A stretch of 64,000 nucleotides of DNA from a virus. Its lineage: Duplodnaviria > Caudoviricetes. Under the pieces are notes generated by a model. That model worked only from the letters and a program-made list of their open reading frames with translations. It had not been told where the DNA came from and ran no database searches. Within the stretch, counting starts at the first letter, position 1. Each line of letters begins with the position of its first letter. The stretch is taken from positions 1 to 64,000 of IMG/VR virus record IMGVR_UViG_3300021387_001438; one strand, written 5' to 3'. Below, in pieces: positions 1 through 10,032 of this stretch. The translations under genes were made by a program, and so were the position numbers.

Positions 1-43
1 TTTTTTGATTTTTAAAAGTTGTTTCTTATTTATTTTCAACTTT

Positions 44-371
44 ATTATATTATATTTTTATAATATTTAAAATCGCAAGATAAGATATATTTTTAAATTT
101 CAAATTTTTATCATCTAATTTATTATACAATTATATTATATCATATTTTAGATTAATTTAAAATCGCAAAATTTTATATCTTTTAAAGTTTATCTTTTTT
201 AAAAGACAACTTAATTATATAGAATTTTAATAATATTTAAAATCGCAAAATTTAATATTTATTTTAATTTTTTAAATTTTAAAATATTATTTAATTTTTA
301 ATATTTTTAAGTTTATCTAATTTAAAAGACAAGCTAATTATATAATATATTTTTCAAATTAAAAATCGCAA
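44..371 (-). promoter_or_regulatory. Four copies of a promoter-like motif TTGCGATTTT(A/T)A-N17-TATAAT facing left
   Basis: + strand ATTATA-N23-TCGCAA at 44-78, 135-169, 214-248 and 337-371; spacing is identical in all four. Confidence 0.6.
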
Positions 372-695
372 AAATTTTAAATTTAATTTTTTAATCTTTA
401 TTATATTTATATATTATATATAATTTATTAAAATCAATTTTAATATTAAAAATTTGGTCATATTTTAATTTTTATATTTTATATAATAAAATATTTATTT
501 CAAAATTTAAAATTAAAAATTTAAAGAATTTTAATATTATTATCATTTTTAGCTAAGCATAAAACAAATGAAAATAAAACCGCAAAAACAATATTTTAAT
601 TTTTTGTTAATTTACGAATCACAAATTTGCGAAAAATAAAACTGCATGTTTGGTTATTAATCCTGTCGATGAGACAGGCAAAATAACTGAATTTT

Positions 696-722
696 AAAAT
701 AGCTATATAATATAGCTATTTT
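696..722. promoter_or_regulatory. Perfect 12-bp inverted repeat enclosing a TATAAT box upstream of the structural operon
   Basis: AAAATAGCTATA-TAA-TATAGCTATTTT; TATAAT at 706-711. Confidence 0.5.
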
Positions 723-804
723 AACTGAGCAATAATTTTTGGATTCTGGCTATTTACAAAACGTCGATATCGATTTATAATGAAATAAATGAGGTGATTA
801 AATT

Positions 805-1890
805 ATGGCAGCAACTATTAAATTTGGTGTTTGGGCAAGCAACACTGTAAACTATGTAGCTTCAGATGTTCTTGCTGCAGATACAGATGGAGCAGTTTCA
901 GGTGAGTATATTTATGCTGATATTTTTAATGGAATCCTAAAGGATGTTTCTTTAGTTACTGTTTCATTAATCAGTGCATTAGCTAATATTACGACTAGTA
1001 CAGCAAGTATGACTTTTGATAATAATCAGACCTTAGCAGCTACTACAGCGAATCTCCAAACATTACTTTATAAGCATAATGTGGAATCCGCTGATAAGTG
1101 GAAAACAGCTAGAAGCTTCACGATTGTCGATTATGATAATTCTGGAGTTGGTACAACTGCTGTATCTGTAAATGGTTCTGGTGATATTATATTAAGAATG
1201 CCACAAGCATTTAAAGGTTCACTTGCTGGTGAAGCTGCTACTGCAACAAAATGGACTAGTTCAATTACTGTTGCAATATCAGATTACAGCGGAACAAATA
1301 CTGGAGCAACATCAAATATTCAAGGAGCTGAAAGTAATACAATCGTATTAAAGCTTCCAGAACAGTTAAATTGTCATTATGATAGAATTACAAGTTCATC
1401 TAGTGCAACACATTATATTACTGCGGTTCAATCTCCTGCTACAGGAAATCATGATGCTAAGGTTTTAGCTGGATTATCATATAAGCCAAATACAAATACA
1501 TTAAACTGTAATATTTCAGGTAATGCAAAATCTTTTGATATTAGCAGTGTTGAGCGATTAGTAAATACTAGTCTAGGTGTTCCAAATGCAATAATAGATA
1601 AATTTAATTATTTAGTTCCAGCTATATACTATGTTCATTATAAATATGGTGGTGTTTCTGTATCAAGCATTATGCTTATATCAGATGGACAAAATGCTTA
1701 TACTGATGCTACATATTCTAGAACTCAGCGAGCAGAAGGAATGCATGAATTTAGATTAAGATTTGCTGATACTGATAGTACTCATACATGCATATATTTA
1801 CAGTATAGCACTGACCATGGTTCAACTTGGTCAGATGAGTCATCCGGCCATAATGAGCTAATATCAGTTACTAGAATTATTTGTGGTTAG
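805..1890 (+). CDS. Tail fibre / receptor-binding protein
   Basis: RBS GAGGTG; N-terminal FNGILKDVSLVTVSLISALANI resembles myovirus fibre baseplate-anchor; T/S/A/G-rich repeats (ADKWKTARSF, ATKWTSSIT). Confidence 0.6.
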   Translation: MAATIKFGVWASNTVNYVASDVLAADTDGAVSGEYIYADIFNGILKDVSLVTVSLISALANITTSTASMTFDNNQTLAATTANLQTLLYKHNVESADKWKTARSFTIVDYDNSGVGTTAVSVNGSGDIILRMPQAFKGSLAGEAATATKWTSSITVAISDYSGTNTGATSNIQGAESNTIVLKLPEQLNCHYDRITSSSSATHYITAVQSPATGNHDAKVLAGLSYKPNTNTLNCNISGNAKSFDISSVERLVNTSLGVPNAIIDKFNYLVPAIYYVHYKYGGVSVSSIMLISDGQNAYTDATYSRTQRAEGMHEFRLRFADTDSTHTCIYLQYSTDHGSTWSDESSGHNELISVTRIICG

Positions 1891-1904
1891 GATGGTGATG
1901 TTCT

Positions 1905-3602
1905 ATGGATGATAATAAGACAGTATCCTCTGGAGATTCAATAGTTAATTTATTTAAAGATGCGGTAATCAAAGAAGATGCACAAGCAGGTTTTGATGCT
2001 TGTTCGCTGCAAGATTCTCTACAGCATACAAGAGATTCGATTATCGAAAAAGCTAAAGGTTCTGAACCATTAAAAGCCACATTAACATGTGACCATTATA
2101 GAAATACATTAACTGCAACAGGAACTGCTGATAAAGTTCAATCCTTTGCTTCTTATGGTTATAATAATGATACACTAAATTGGCCTTTGTGGTTATCGCT
2201 ATATAATGATTCTTGGGTGTTCAAAAGAGCAATAGATAAACCAGCTACTGATGAAGTCAATAGCGGATTTGTTATTTCTGGTGATAAAGACTATACTAAA
2301 ATATATAAGGCTTTCGCCAAATATAAAAAGCAAATGTCAGACCTATTAAAATGGGGTGCATTATTTGGTGGTTCAATTGCGGTTATGATGTTTGAATCTG
2401 TACCAGATGAAGAAATGCAATATCCAATTAATAAGGAAAAAATTAAAGGTTCTCGTATGAAGCTGTATGTTACAGACCGTTGGTATGGTGTTGCACCTTC
2501 TTCAGAAACTGTTTCTAATATGAAGGATTTGGATTTTGGAAAGCCTAAAAAGTATTCCGTTACATTTGCCGATGGCAAAAACCTAACTGTAGACCATTCC
2601 TATGTTTTGCGATATGAACATCGTTCTGCTCCACCATTAATTAAGAATGGACAACTTCAAGGTTGGGGTTATGCAGAAGGAGCACATATATTAAATGAGT
2701 TATCTCGTGATGACCAATTAAAATCAGCGATTACATCGCTTGTAAATAAATCTTTAATTGAAGTAATTAAAATGGCTGGTATGAAAGCTGTGTTCATGGG
2801 AACAGATACAGCAAATGAAACTCAGTTGCGCAAGCGCCTTGAAATGGTCAATTGGGGACGAAATTATAACTCACTTACTTTCCTAGATAAAGATGATGAT
2901 TATCAGGAGCATGGTTTCCAAGGAATGACTGGTTTATCCGATTTGATGGAAAAGAACATGTGGCTAATCGCATCCGCTCTAGAAATGCAAGGTATTTTAT
3001 ATGGTGAGTTAAAAGGTGGATTATCACAGGATACTGATGCGTGGAAGCATTATGCAACCACTATCGAAAACAGATGTAATGATTTCTATAGACCTGTGTT
3101 ACAGAAGTTCCTTCAAGTATTGTTTATAATGTACGATGTTGAAGGTACAGTAGATTTTGAATTTAAGAGATTAGATGAGGTTGAACAAAATGATGCAAAA
3201 ATGGGAGCAGCAGAAAAGTTAAGCCACATCTTAAATGATTTATTAGATAAAAAAATTATTAGTAAATATCAATATGCAATATCTATCCAAAATATGTTGA
3301 GCAAGAATATTCTTGCGATTAACTTCACAGATGATTTCCTTGAAGCACTTAAGATGCAAGAGGATTATGATGTTCTTGAGATTATTAAGGAAGCTGGTAA
3401 AACAAAAGCTTCGAAAGAAGAGATTGTTGGAACACAATTTGGTGGTTCTGAATTACCAGAAGAATTATCTTATTTAGACCCGAATGCTCCAGATGAAGCA
3501 GCAGAATCTATCGGTGCAGAAACACCTAAAGCTGTTGGCGAGCCAGAAGCAACAGGTCAAGAACAAGTCTATGAAGGAGAAGACATAGATGTAAATGAAT
3601 AA
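1905..3602 (+). CDS. Portal protein, DUF1073 type
   Basis: 565 aa; YNDSWVFKRAIDKPATD, LFGGS and L+G...GGL motifs typical of DUF1073 portals; acidic C-terminal tail. Confidence 0.8.
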   Translation: MDDNKTVSSGDSIVNLFKDAVIKEDAQAGFDACSLQDSLQHTRDSIIEKAKGSEPLKATLTCDHYRNTLTATGTADKVQSFASYGYNNDTLNWPLWLSLYNDSWVFKRAIDKPATDEVNSGFVISGDKDYTKIYKAFAKYKKQMSDLLKWGALFGGSIAVMMFESVPDEEMQYPINKEKIKGSRMKLYVTDRWYGVAPSSETVSNMKDLDFGKPKKYSVTFADGKNLTVDHSYVLRYEHRSAPPLIKNGQLQGWGYAEGAHILNELSRDDQLKSAITSLVNKSLIEVIKMAGMKAVFMGTDTANETQLRKRLEMVNWGRNYNSLTFLDKDDDYQEHGFQGMTGLSDLMEKNMWLIASALEMQGILYGELKGGLSQDTDAWKHYATTIENRCNDFYRPVLQKFLQVLFIMYDVEGTVDFEFKRLDEVEQNDAKMGAAEKLSHILNDLLDKKIISKYQYAISIQNMLSKNILAINFTDDFLEALKMQEDYDVLEIIKEAGKTKASKEEIVGTQFGGSELPEELSYLDPNAPDEAAESIGAETPKAVGEPEATGQEQVYEGEDIDVNE

Positions 3603-3876
3603 TCAGAAGAATCAAATAACAGACAAGCCATTTAAAGGAAGATATTGTATAGCGTTTTATGATGAGCATGGTGAAGAATTGGTTCATGTGTTTAATAATT
3701 TAAAAGAGATAATTATTTTTAGAGGTGAACCAATTACACCAAAAGCTTATAATTTTATGAAGATTGGGTTATACAAAGCATTGAAAAGAGAACACCATAC
3801 AACTAGGATGCTAGGTGGAAAATTGATGCAAGTATACTTAATTGATATTAATGAAGATGAAGACGAAACAAACTAA
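3595..3876 (+). CDS. Hypothetical protein
   Basis: 93 aa ORF overlapping the portal stop. Confidence 0.6.
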   Translation: MNNQKNQITDKPFKGRYCIAFYDEHGEELVHVFNNLKEIIIFRGEPITPKAYNFMKIGLYKALKREHHTTRMLGGKLMQVYLIDINEDEDETN

Positions 3877-3892
3877 GGAGGAAAATTAAAAA

Positions 3893-4354
3893 ATGAAAAG
3901 ATTCGTTCGAATTCAATCAAGACAAACTATCGTGGTTGCACCAGGATTACAGAGTGTAAATGTTACAAACAAGGATGCACATGTTGAAAACAGATTTAAG
4001 ATAAATTCAATGTGGCAAAATGCAAGAGTTAAAATTATGAATGGTGTTGGATATTATCCAGCATGCATCAAAACATGGGATAGTGTTAAGTCCCTTGAAA
4101 AGTTAGAAATTTTATCTATTGGTGCTGAGACAGATACTATTGAAGATGATGCATTAAGAACTGTTGCAGAAGGATTAGAAAGAAAGCTACAACAGGCTGA
4201 TGCTAAATATAAGACTCAGCTAGATAATAGCTTAAGAGACCCTCTTGCAGATGATAAGGATAAGAAGAGAAATAATGCTAAGAAGAGCCTTGGTATGTTG
4301 AAGTCTGAGCCTATCGAATTAACAAGAGATGGATTAGAACCAGCAGGTGAATAA
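3893..4354 (+). CDS. Hypothetical virion-module protein
   Basis: Strong RBS AAGGAGG; 153 aa. Confidence 0.6.
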   Translation: MKRFVRIQSRQTIVVAPGLQSVNVTNKDAHVENRFKINSMWQNARVKIMNGVGYYPACIKTWDSVKSLEKLEILSIGAETDTIEDDALRTVAEGLERKLQQADAKYKTQLDNSLRDPLADDKDKKRNNAKKSLGMLKSEPIELTRDGLEPAGE

Positions 4355-4356
4355 TT

Positions 4357-4695
4357 ATGGCGCAACAGGAATTTAATATTACAGCAAAGGAATATGCTAA
4401 TTTAAAATTTAGATTCTCGTATATGTCACCAATTGACCTTTGTGTTTTTGCATCTAACTTTGACCTAGAAAATTATAGAACATCCAGAGAGATGTTTGGG
4501 TATGCGGTTGAGCACGCTGAAGTGTGCATCAACGAGCAGTGGATAAAGGTTAAGCAAGAAAAAAGAGATGTTTACATGCCGGCTGGAATGGAAGAAAATG
4601 TTGGAGCATTACTACAGATTGTTGATAAATTTGTAGAACTTTATATTATGCCAGTTTTTCAGAAATCCAGCGAATCAACAACCAAAACATTATAA
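4357..4695 (+). CDS. Tail assembly chaperone (G-like)
   Basis: 112 aa, directly upstream of tape measure; ends PVFQKSSESTTKTL. Confidence 0.6.
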   Translation: MAQQEFNITAKEYANLKFRFSYMSPIDLCVFASNFDLENYRTSREMFGYAVEHAEVCINEQWIKVKQEKRDVYMPAGMEENVGALLQIVDKFVELYIMPVFQKSSESTTKTL

Positions 4696-4883
4696 CTACA
4701 CAAGACCAAACAGTTAGTGGTTATCATGAACCAAAACGAGTGCATCCTATCGTTTATATGTTGATAACAAATAATTTAGCAACATACAGAGAGTTGAAGT
4801 ATGAGCTGGATATTGATGATGTATTAAATTTATATGAGATATGTATGGTCAGCATATTCAATAAAAATTTATCTATGATGTAG
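4654..4883 (+). CDS. -1 frame extension of the tail chaperone (GT-like product)
   Basis: -1 frame is open from about 4629 to TAG 4881-4883, encodes HPIVYMLITNNLATYRELKYELDIDDVLNLYEI, has no RBS/start of its own; GTTTTTC run at 4654-4660. Confidence 0.55.
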
Positions 4884-4976
4884 ATTGATATCTATAAACT
4901 ATGCCTTTTGGTGAAATCACCAGAAGGTATCCTTATAGACATGAATCAAAAAATAGAATTGGAGGTAATTATTGTT

Positions 4977-6575
4977 ATGGCAGATATTGATAAGAAAATT
5001 AATTTAGTAGTCGATAGTAATGCAAAGGATAATTCAAAAGATTTTGATAAATTAAATAAAAGCATAAAAGAAGTTACCGACAATTTTAGTAAGCTAACAA
5101 AGTTAGCAAATAATAAAGGACTTGTCACAGGACTTAAAAATATTACTAAAGAAGTCAATGAGTTAAATAAGGGATTATTTAATTTAGGTGGTATGTCAAA
5201 GGTATTAAATGATGTACAAACTAAAATGGATAAATTAAATAAAGCCCTTAATAAATCTAATAGGTCTGGCTCAAGAGGTCCATATAAGAAATCCCCTCAG
5301 CAAGCAGCTAAGGAAGCAGCAAGACTTGAGAGAATAGAACAAGAAAGACTAAAAGAACAAACAGTTAAATATAATGATATCAAGGCAGAATTAGATGCTG
5401 CTAAAGAAAAAAGATATACGGATTTAAAGAATTTTGGTAGAGATGAAGCATTTAAACAATTTGGTACATCAGCACTTGATATAACAAAACAATTGTTTAA
5501 AAATAAATCTATAATTGGTACCTTAAGTGCTGTTGCAAGTTCAGTAGTTGGAGCAATGTCAACAAGAGCGACAACTAGTATTGGTAAAAGATATGCGGGT
5601 CAATATTTACCTATAGAAGATAGAATTGCAGATATGCAAGAATTTATTTCTAGACCTGGAACCTCTGCGGATACAATTAGAGCTGGTAAAGAATTTATTA
5701 AATCTCAGCAAAAAGAAAAGTTAAGGTTGCAAGGCGAAGAGGCTAAAGAAAAAGGTAAGGTTGCCGGTAAAGCGGCTGTGGCTGCAGCAGTTATATCGCT
5801 AGCAACGACAGCATTAAGTAAATTTAGCGATACTGTTAAATCTACTACTGGTATTACTGTAAGTCTAAAAGAAAACTTTGCTAACTTAATTCAATCGATT
5901 GGTTCAATAACTTCACTTCAAGGTGGAGCTGCAACATATATGGTTGGAAGTACATTATATACTAATCCAACCGCAAGAACCCAGCAGATGAAATATGGAC
6001 TTACAAATTCACAAAATTATGCATTATCAAGAACTATGACAATGATGAATCTTCAATCAGACGAAGACCTAATGTATATGAACAAAAATCAAGTTCAGTT
6101 GTTTAGCTCAATGATGCAAAAATACAGCTCTTGGTATGATAAAATGGAATCTTCTGGGGTATTGACAAGAGTCCAAGAAATGCAGATGGATTTACAGATG
6201 TTCAGAGAAGAGCTTGCAATGGACTTTATGGAATGGTTCAGTGAAAATAAGGATACTATTTTAAATGCTGTTAAGAATATTGCTAAGTTTGTTATGCAAA
6301 TTGCAGATGTTGTAGTTAAAGCAACCGGTTGGTTTGGACAAGGTATTAGCTGGTTGACTGGTCAATCTTCATCAACTTTGAGTGAAACAATGTCAAATGC
6401 AACATCATATTCTAATGCAAGCATTACAAGAGGAACCTCTAAAACAAATAACATAAATATAACTATGACAAACACTGCAACGGGAGTATTATCTGACCAA
6501 AGTCAAATGGAGAATTTCTTCAGTGAGCAGTTGGTAAATACATTCAAAGATGCTGTTGCAAGCTTAGATGAATAG
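4977..6575 (+). CDS. Tape measure protein (short, about 530 aa)
   Basis: RBS GGAGG before ATG 4977; helical K/A-rich sequence; sits between chaperone and baseplate genes; C-terminal ..NINITMTNT motif. Confidence 0.75.
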   Translation: MADIDKKINLVVDSNAKDNSKDFDKLNKSIKEVTDNFSKLTKLANNKGLVTGLKNITKEVNELNKGLFNLGGMSKVLNDVQTKMDKLNKALNKSNRSGSRGPYKKSPQQAAKEAARLERIEQERLKEQTVKYNDIKAELDAAKEKRYTDLKNFGRDEAFKQFGTSALDITKQLFKNKSIIGTLSAVASSVVGAMSTRATTSIGKRYAGQYLPIEDRIADMQEFISRPGTSADTIRAGKEFIKSQQKEKLRLQGEEAKEKGKVAGKAAVAAAVISLATTALSKFSDTVKSTTGITVSLKENFANLIQSIGSITSLQGGAATYMVGSTLYTNPTARTQQMKYGLTNSQNYALSRTMTMMNLQSDEDLMYMNKNQVQLFSSMMQKYSSWYDKMESSGVLTRVQEMQMDLQMFREELAMDFMEWFSENKDTILNAVKNIAKFVMQIADVVVKATGWFGQGISWLTGQSSSTLSETMSNATSYSNASITRGTSKTNNINITMTNTATGVLSDQSQMENFFSEQLVNTFKDAVASLDE

Positions 6576-6586
6576 GAGGATAAATT

Positions 6587-8140
6587 ATGGCAGATATAGA
6601 AAAGACATATCAATTAGTTATTGATTGTGAGCAAGAGTCAGGAGTAATTAAAAGATTATATCTTGATACTTGTAAAGAAAAAAATATAACTTCATCGGCA
6701 GAAATTGCACAGCAGCCTCTGCAAAGTGGTAAGGTAATGTCAGACCATATGTATAGTCTGCCAGATACTTATACTATTTCAGGAACATTTAGCTTATATG
6801 GAAATACCCATGATGATTATGATGATTTTGAAGGTGTTGGGTCATCAACAGATAGACTAACAAATATTGAAAATGTGTTTGAATATATAAAAGATAATGG
6901 ACTTTTATGTAATTTAATAATGCTAGATACAAGCAATGAAAAAGGAAGTGTAAGATTTAAGGAAAGAAATAATATGGCACTTAAATCAATTACATGGAAA
7001 GAAAAATTAGCAAGTGTTGATTACTCATTAAACTTCGTTGAAATACTAACAGTAGATATGCAAATGCCAGATGTAACTCTTGTGGATTATCCTGAAACAA
7101 TTATGCCAGATGCAAGAAGTCTAGGACAAATGTTGATTGATGCAAATGATGATGACATTACAAAAATGGTATTGCTAGCATTATATAATGGTGGGTATAT
7201 TAAAAAAGAAGATTGCCAATACTTTTGGTATGCTGGAACAAATGGATGGGAAGCTATGGGTAATTACTATAGTACAATAGGACAAGTAATAATTAAGACA
7301 CTTGCTATTTTCCCAGTTGCTTTAATTGGTTATGCTGTAGGTGCTGCTGCAATATCAATTATTGTAGGTACTACGGGAGCGGTTGCAACAATCTTCCCAG
7401 TCGGTACTATTGTTGCAGCAGCAGTCGCAGCTACAGTAGCAGTAATCGGAGTACTTATGTATGCTATAAATAAACATAAAGAAGATGAAAAAAGAAAAAT
7501 GACTTTTAATCTTATTAATAATATTGGAAGTCATGTATCATATGACGCAAATGGAGACCCTATTGTAGATTGTGCTGCTATTAGTAAAGATAGTGCTTGT
7601 ACAATAAATAATAATGATATTAATAAATTATTAAAATTAATTGCTGATGTTAAAACTGCAGTAGTTAATTATTCTGCAGGAGTTTCAATATATTCTATAT
7701 CAAGTGGACTTGATGATAATGCATCAAGAACTGTCTTATTAACAATTGAAGATTGGCCATATTATGTTGACTTCGTTAAAGATAGTGATGCAAAATATGG
7801 TTGGAGATTTAGTGTATCAACACTAAACTCTTCTGGAGATAAAGTATCTCTTACTGGTGGATATGGTATAGAATATAACAATTCTGCTGTTGTAACAGAT
7901 TTATATGATTGTGATATAAATTCTAATTGCTTTTTTGCAGATAAAACATTTCAATACTTTGTATACATTTTTAATCCAAATTTAAGTGAAGATATTAATC
8001 CTACACAAGAAGAATTTGATACAGTAAAACAAAATTTATGTGGATATCAAATTATTGTTTGTAAAGGAAATATGCAAGAAAAAGTTGATGGTATTAATAA
8101 AGTAATTGATGATGTCATCAAGTCAAGAGGTTACATTTAA
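6587..8140 (+). CDS. Dit-like tail-tube initiator / baseplate protein with an internal hydrophobic segment
   Basis: N-terminal SSAEIAQQPLQSGKVMSDHMYSLPDTYTISG matches the Dit/P2-gpU-like pattern; about 65-aa apolar stretch in the middle. Confidence 0.6.
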   Translation: MADIEKTYQLVIDCEQESGVIKRLYLDTCKEKNITSSAEIAQQPLQSGKVMSDHMYSLPDTYTISGTFSLYGNTHDDYDDFEGVGSSTDRLTNIENVFEYIKDNGLLCNLIMLDTSNEKGSVRFKERNNMALKSITWKEKLASVDYSLNFVEILTVDMQMPDVTLVDYPETIMPDARSLGQMLIDANDDDITKMVLLALYNGGYIKKEDCQYFWYAGTNGWEAMGNYYSTIGQVIIKTLAIFPVALIGYAVGAAAISIIVGTTGAVATIFPVGTIVAAAVAATVAVIGVLMYAINKHKEDEKRKMTFNLINNIGSHVSYDANGDPIVDCAAISKDSACTINNNDINKLLKLIADVKTAVVNYSAGVSIYSISSGLDDNASRTVLLTIEDWPYYVDFVKDSDAKYGWRFSVSTLNSSGDKVSLTGGYGIEYNNSAVVTDLYDCDINSNCFFADKTFQYFVYIFNPNLSEDINPTQEEFDTVKQNLCGYQIIVCKGNMQEKVDGINKVIDDVIKSRGYI

Positions 8141-9149
8141 AATGCCAATGAAAATAGTAAATGATATTAATGGTGGAAATCTACCAAGAACAAAAAAGTG
8201 TTGGATTAGATGTATTAAAGTAGTTTTAACAAGTAGGAAAGTTAAGAAATCAATGGTATTTGATAATTTTACACCAAAGAAAATGTTTAATATATCAATT
8301 GTTGGTTCAAAATACGTTGCAACAAATAAAGATTGTGGAACAGTAACTATCACAAACTTAGAGTATGATACAATGATGCAAATCATACTTGATGAATATT
8401 ATGATATTGAAATTTATGCTGGATATAAATCATTAACAAAAAATGATGATTATTCAATACCAAAATTCTTTAAGGGTCAAGTAAGCTTTATCAATCAAAA
8501 AATTCATTCAAAGCATGACCAAGATACATATATTCATTTTGCAAGTGAATTAGTAGCAAAATATAGTCAGTCGAGAATGAATTTTTCATTTAATTCTGGG
8601 TTTAATATTTACGGAGCAATGAATTACATGTGCCAGCTTGCTGGTATCGGTAATAGAGTGAATATTTCTCCCAAATTAAAATTTAATTTCTTAAAAGCAA
8701 TGTATACAAACTATAGTACAAACCAAACTGTGTTTGATAACTTAGCAGAGATTGGTGGAAACTATATGATAAATACAGATGGAAGCGAAGATGGTTCTGT
8801 TATAAATATTACTGATTTAAGTAATAAGAGAAGAATTACAATTGACCCTGATACAATTAATCTTCAAAAAGGAAATCCAACAGTTACTTCTTCTGGTTTA
8901 AAATTAAGTCTATTACCAACAATGAATTTTAAACCTGGAGATATTATTAAAATTGATAATGGATTAATCGATGTATCTATTGCAAATGCTGAATCAGTAA
9001 AAGAAACATTTAATACAAACTTCTTAGACCAAAATGGAGAATATATGATTCTTCAAGTTGATGGAGCTTTCCAAAACAGAGGAAAAACTTTTGAATTAAA
9101 TATTACTGCAAGAGCAATGAGTATTATTCAAAATATTCAATTATCATAA
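8106..9149 (+). CDS. Baseplate hub protein (gp27-like)
   Basis: GTVTITNL, IEIYAGY, FFKGQV and LLPTMNFKPGDIIKI motifs; position after the Dit-like gene; true start may be a downstream ATG. Confidence 0.7.
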   Translation: MMMSSSQEVTFKMPMKIVNDINGGNLPRTKKCWIRCIKVVLTSRKVKKSMVFDNFTPKKMFNISIVGSKYVATNKDCGTVTITNLEYDTMMQIILDEYYDIEIYAGYKSLTKNDDYSIPKFFKGQVSFINQKIHSKHDQDTYIHFASELVAKYSQSRMNFSFNSGFNIYGAMNYMCQLAGIGNRVNISPKLKFNFLKAMYTNYSTNQTVFDNLAEIGGNYMINTDGSEDGSVINITDLSNKRRITIDPDTINLQKGNPTVTSSGLKLSLLPTMNFKPGDIIKIDNGLIDVSIANAESVKETFNTNFLDQNGEYMILQVDGAFQNRGKTFELNITARAMSIIQNIQLS

Positions 9150-9162
9150 GAGGTGATACAAT

Positions 9163-10020
9163 ATGGCAAATGATAAAAATTATATGGATAAGTTATCAAC
9201 CAAGCTAGATTGGGTCACAGCATTTCAGGATGTCCTTTTGGTTTTTGAAAAAATGATTAATAAAAATATCCATGTTGGTGGAGTTGGAATATTTAAAAAT
9301 ATTGTTTCTGCATATGATTCTAATAAAGGATATGGTATAGCAAGTGTTTCTCCAATACCTTTAGAGAAAGGAAGAGAATCATATAATATAAATGCTTATT
9401 ATATAGCTGATTATTCTTTTAATTCTGATGAATTAGTTGTTATATTATATTCAGACCTAAGTTTTGTAGAAAACTTAAATTATGACAAAAAATCACAGAG
9501 AGAAACTGATGATAAAAATTATCATACTCAAATGAATGCAATAATTATTCCAGCAGTAAAACAAGGTGAGCCTGGAGAATCTGCATATGAAGTTGCGGTC
9601 GACAATGGATTTGTTGGAACAGAACAACAATGGTTGGATTCTTTAGTTGGTCCTGAAGGTCCAGAAGGACCTCAAGGTCCACCAGGTGTTGCACCTAATT
9701 ATTATAAACATTTTATGAAATTAGTTGGAAGTTATGGTGGTGGAGTAGATAATTTTACAGTATTTGTTGATATTCTTTTAACAGATAGTACATCATATGG
9801 TGATAATTCAACTTGGTCAACTCATAGCAAATTAGTAAATGATGCTGTATATTTTATTAAAGGATATTATAGTACAGATACATATGAAGTAATGGATTAT
9901 AAATCTTCTGGTATGGCAAAATTTTATAAAAAAGCAAGTGACTTTGGAACATCATCATACACATATATTTCACTTAATAGTTTTAAAATAACTAGCGATA
10001 CAGTATCGATGGTTAAATAG
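9163..10020 (+). CDS. Baseplate spike (Gp138-like N-terminus) with short collagen-like segment
   Basis: Position; GEPGESAYEVAVDNGFVGTEQQWLDSLVGPEGPEGPQGPPG. Confidence 0.6.
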   Translation: MANDKNYMDKLSTKLDWVTAFQDVLLVFEKMINKNIHVGGVGIFKNIVSAYDSNKGYGIASVSPIPLEKGRESYNINAYYIADYSFNSDELVVILYSDLSFVENLNYDKKSQRETDDKNYHTQMNAIIIPAVKQGEPGESAYEVAVDNGFVGTEQQWLDSLVGPEGPEGPQGPPGVAPNYYKHFMKLVGSYGGGVDNFTVFVDILLTDSTSYGDNSTWSTHSKLVNDAVYFIKGYYSTDTYEVMDYKSSGMAKFYKKASDFGTSSYTYISLNSFKITSDTVSMVK

Positions 10021-10032
10021 GAGGAATAAATC

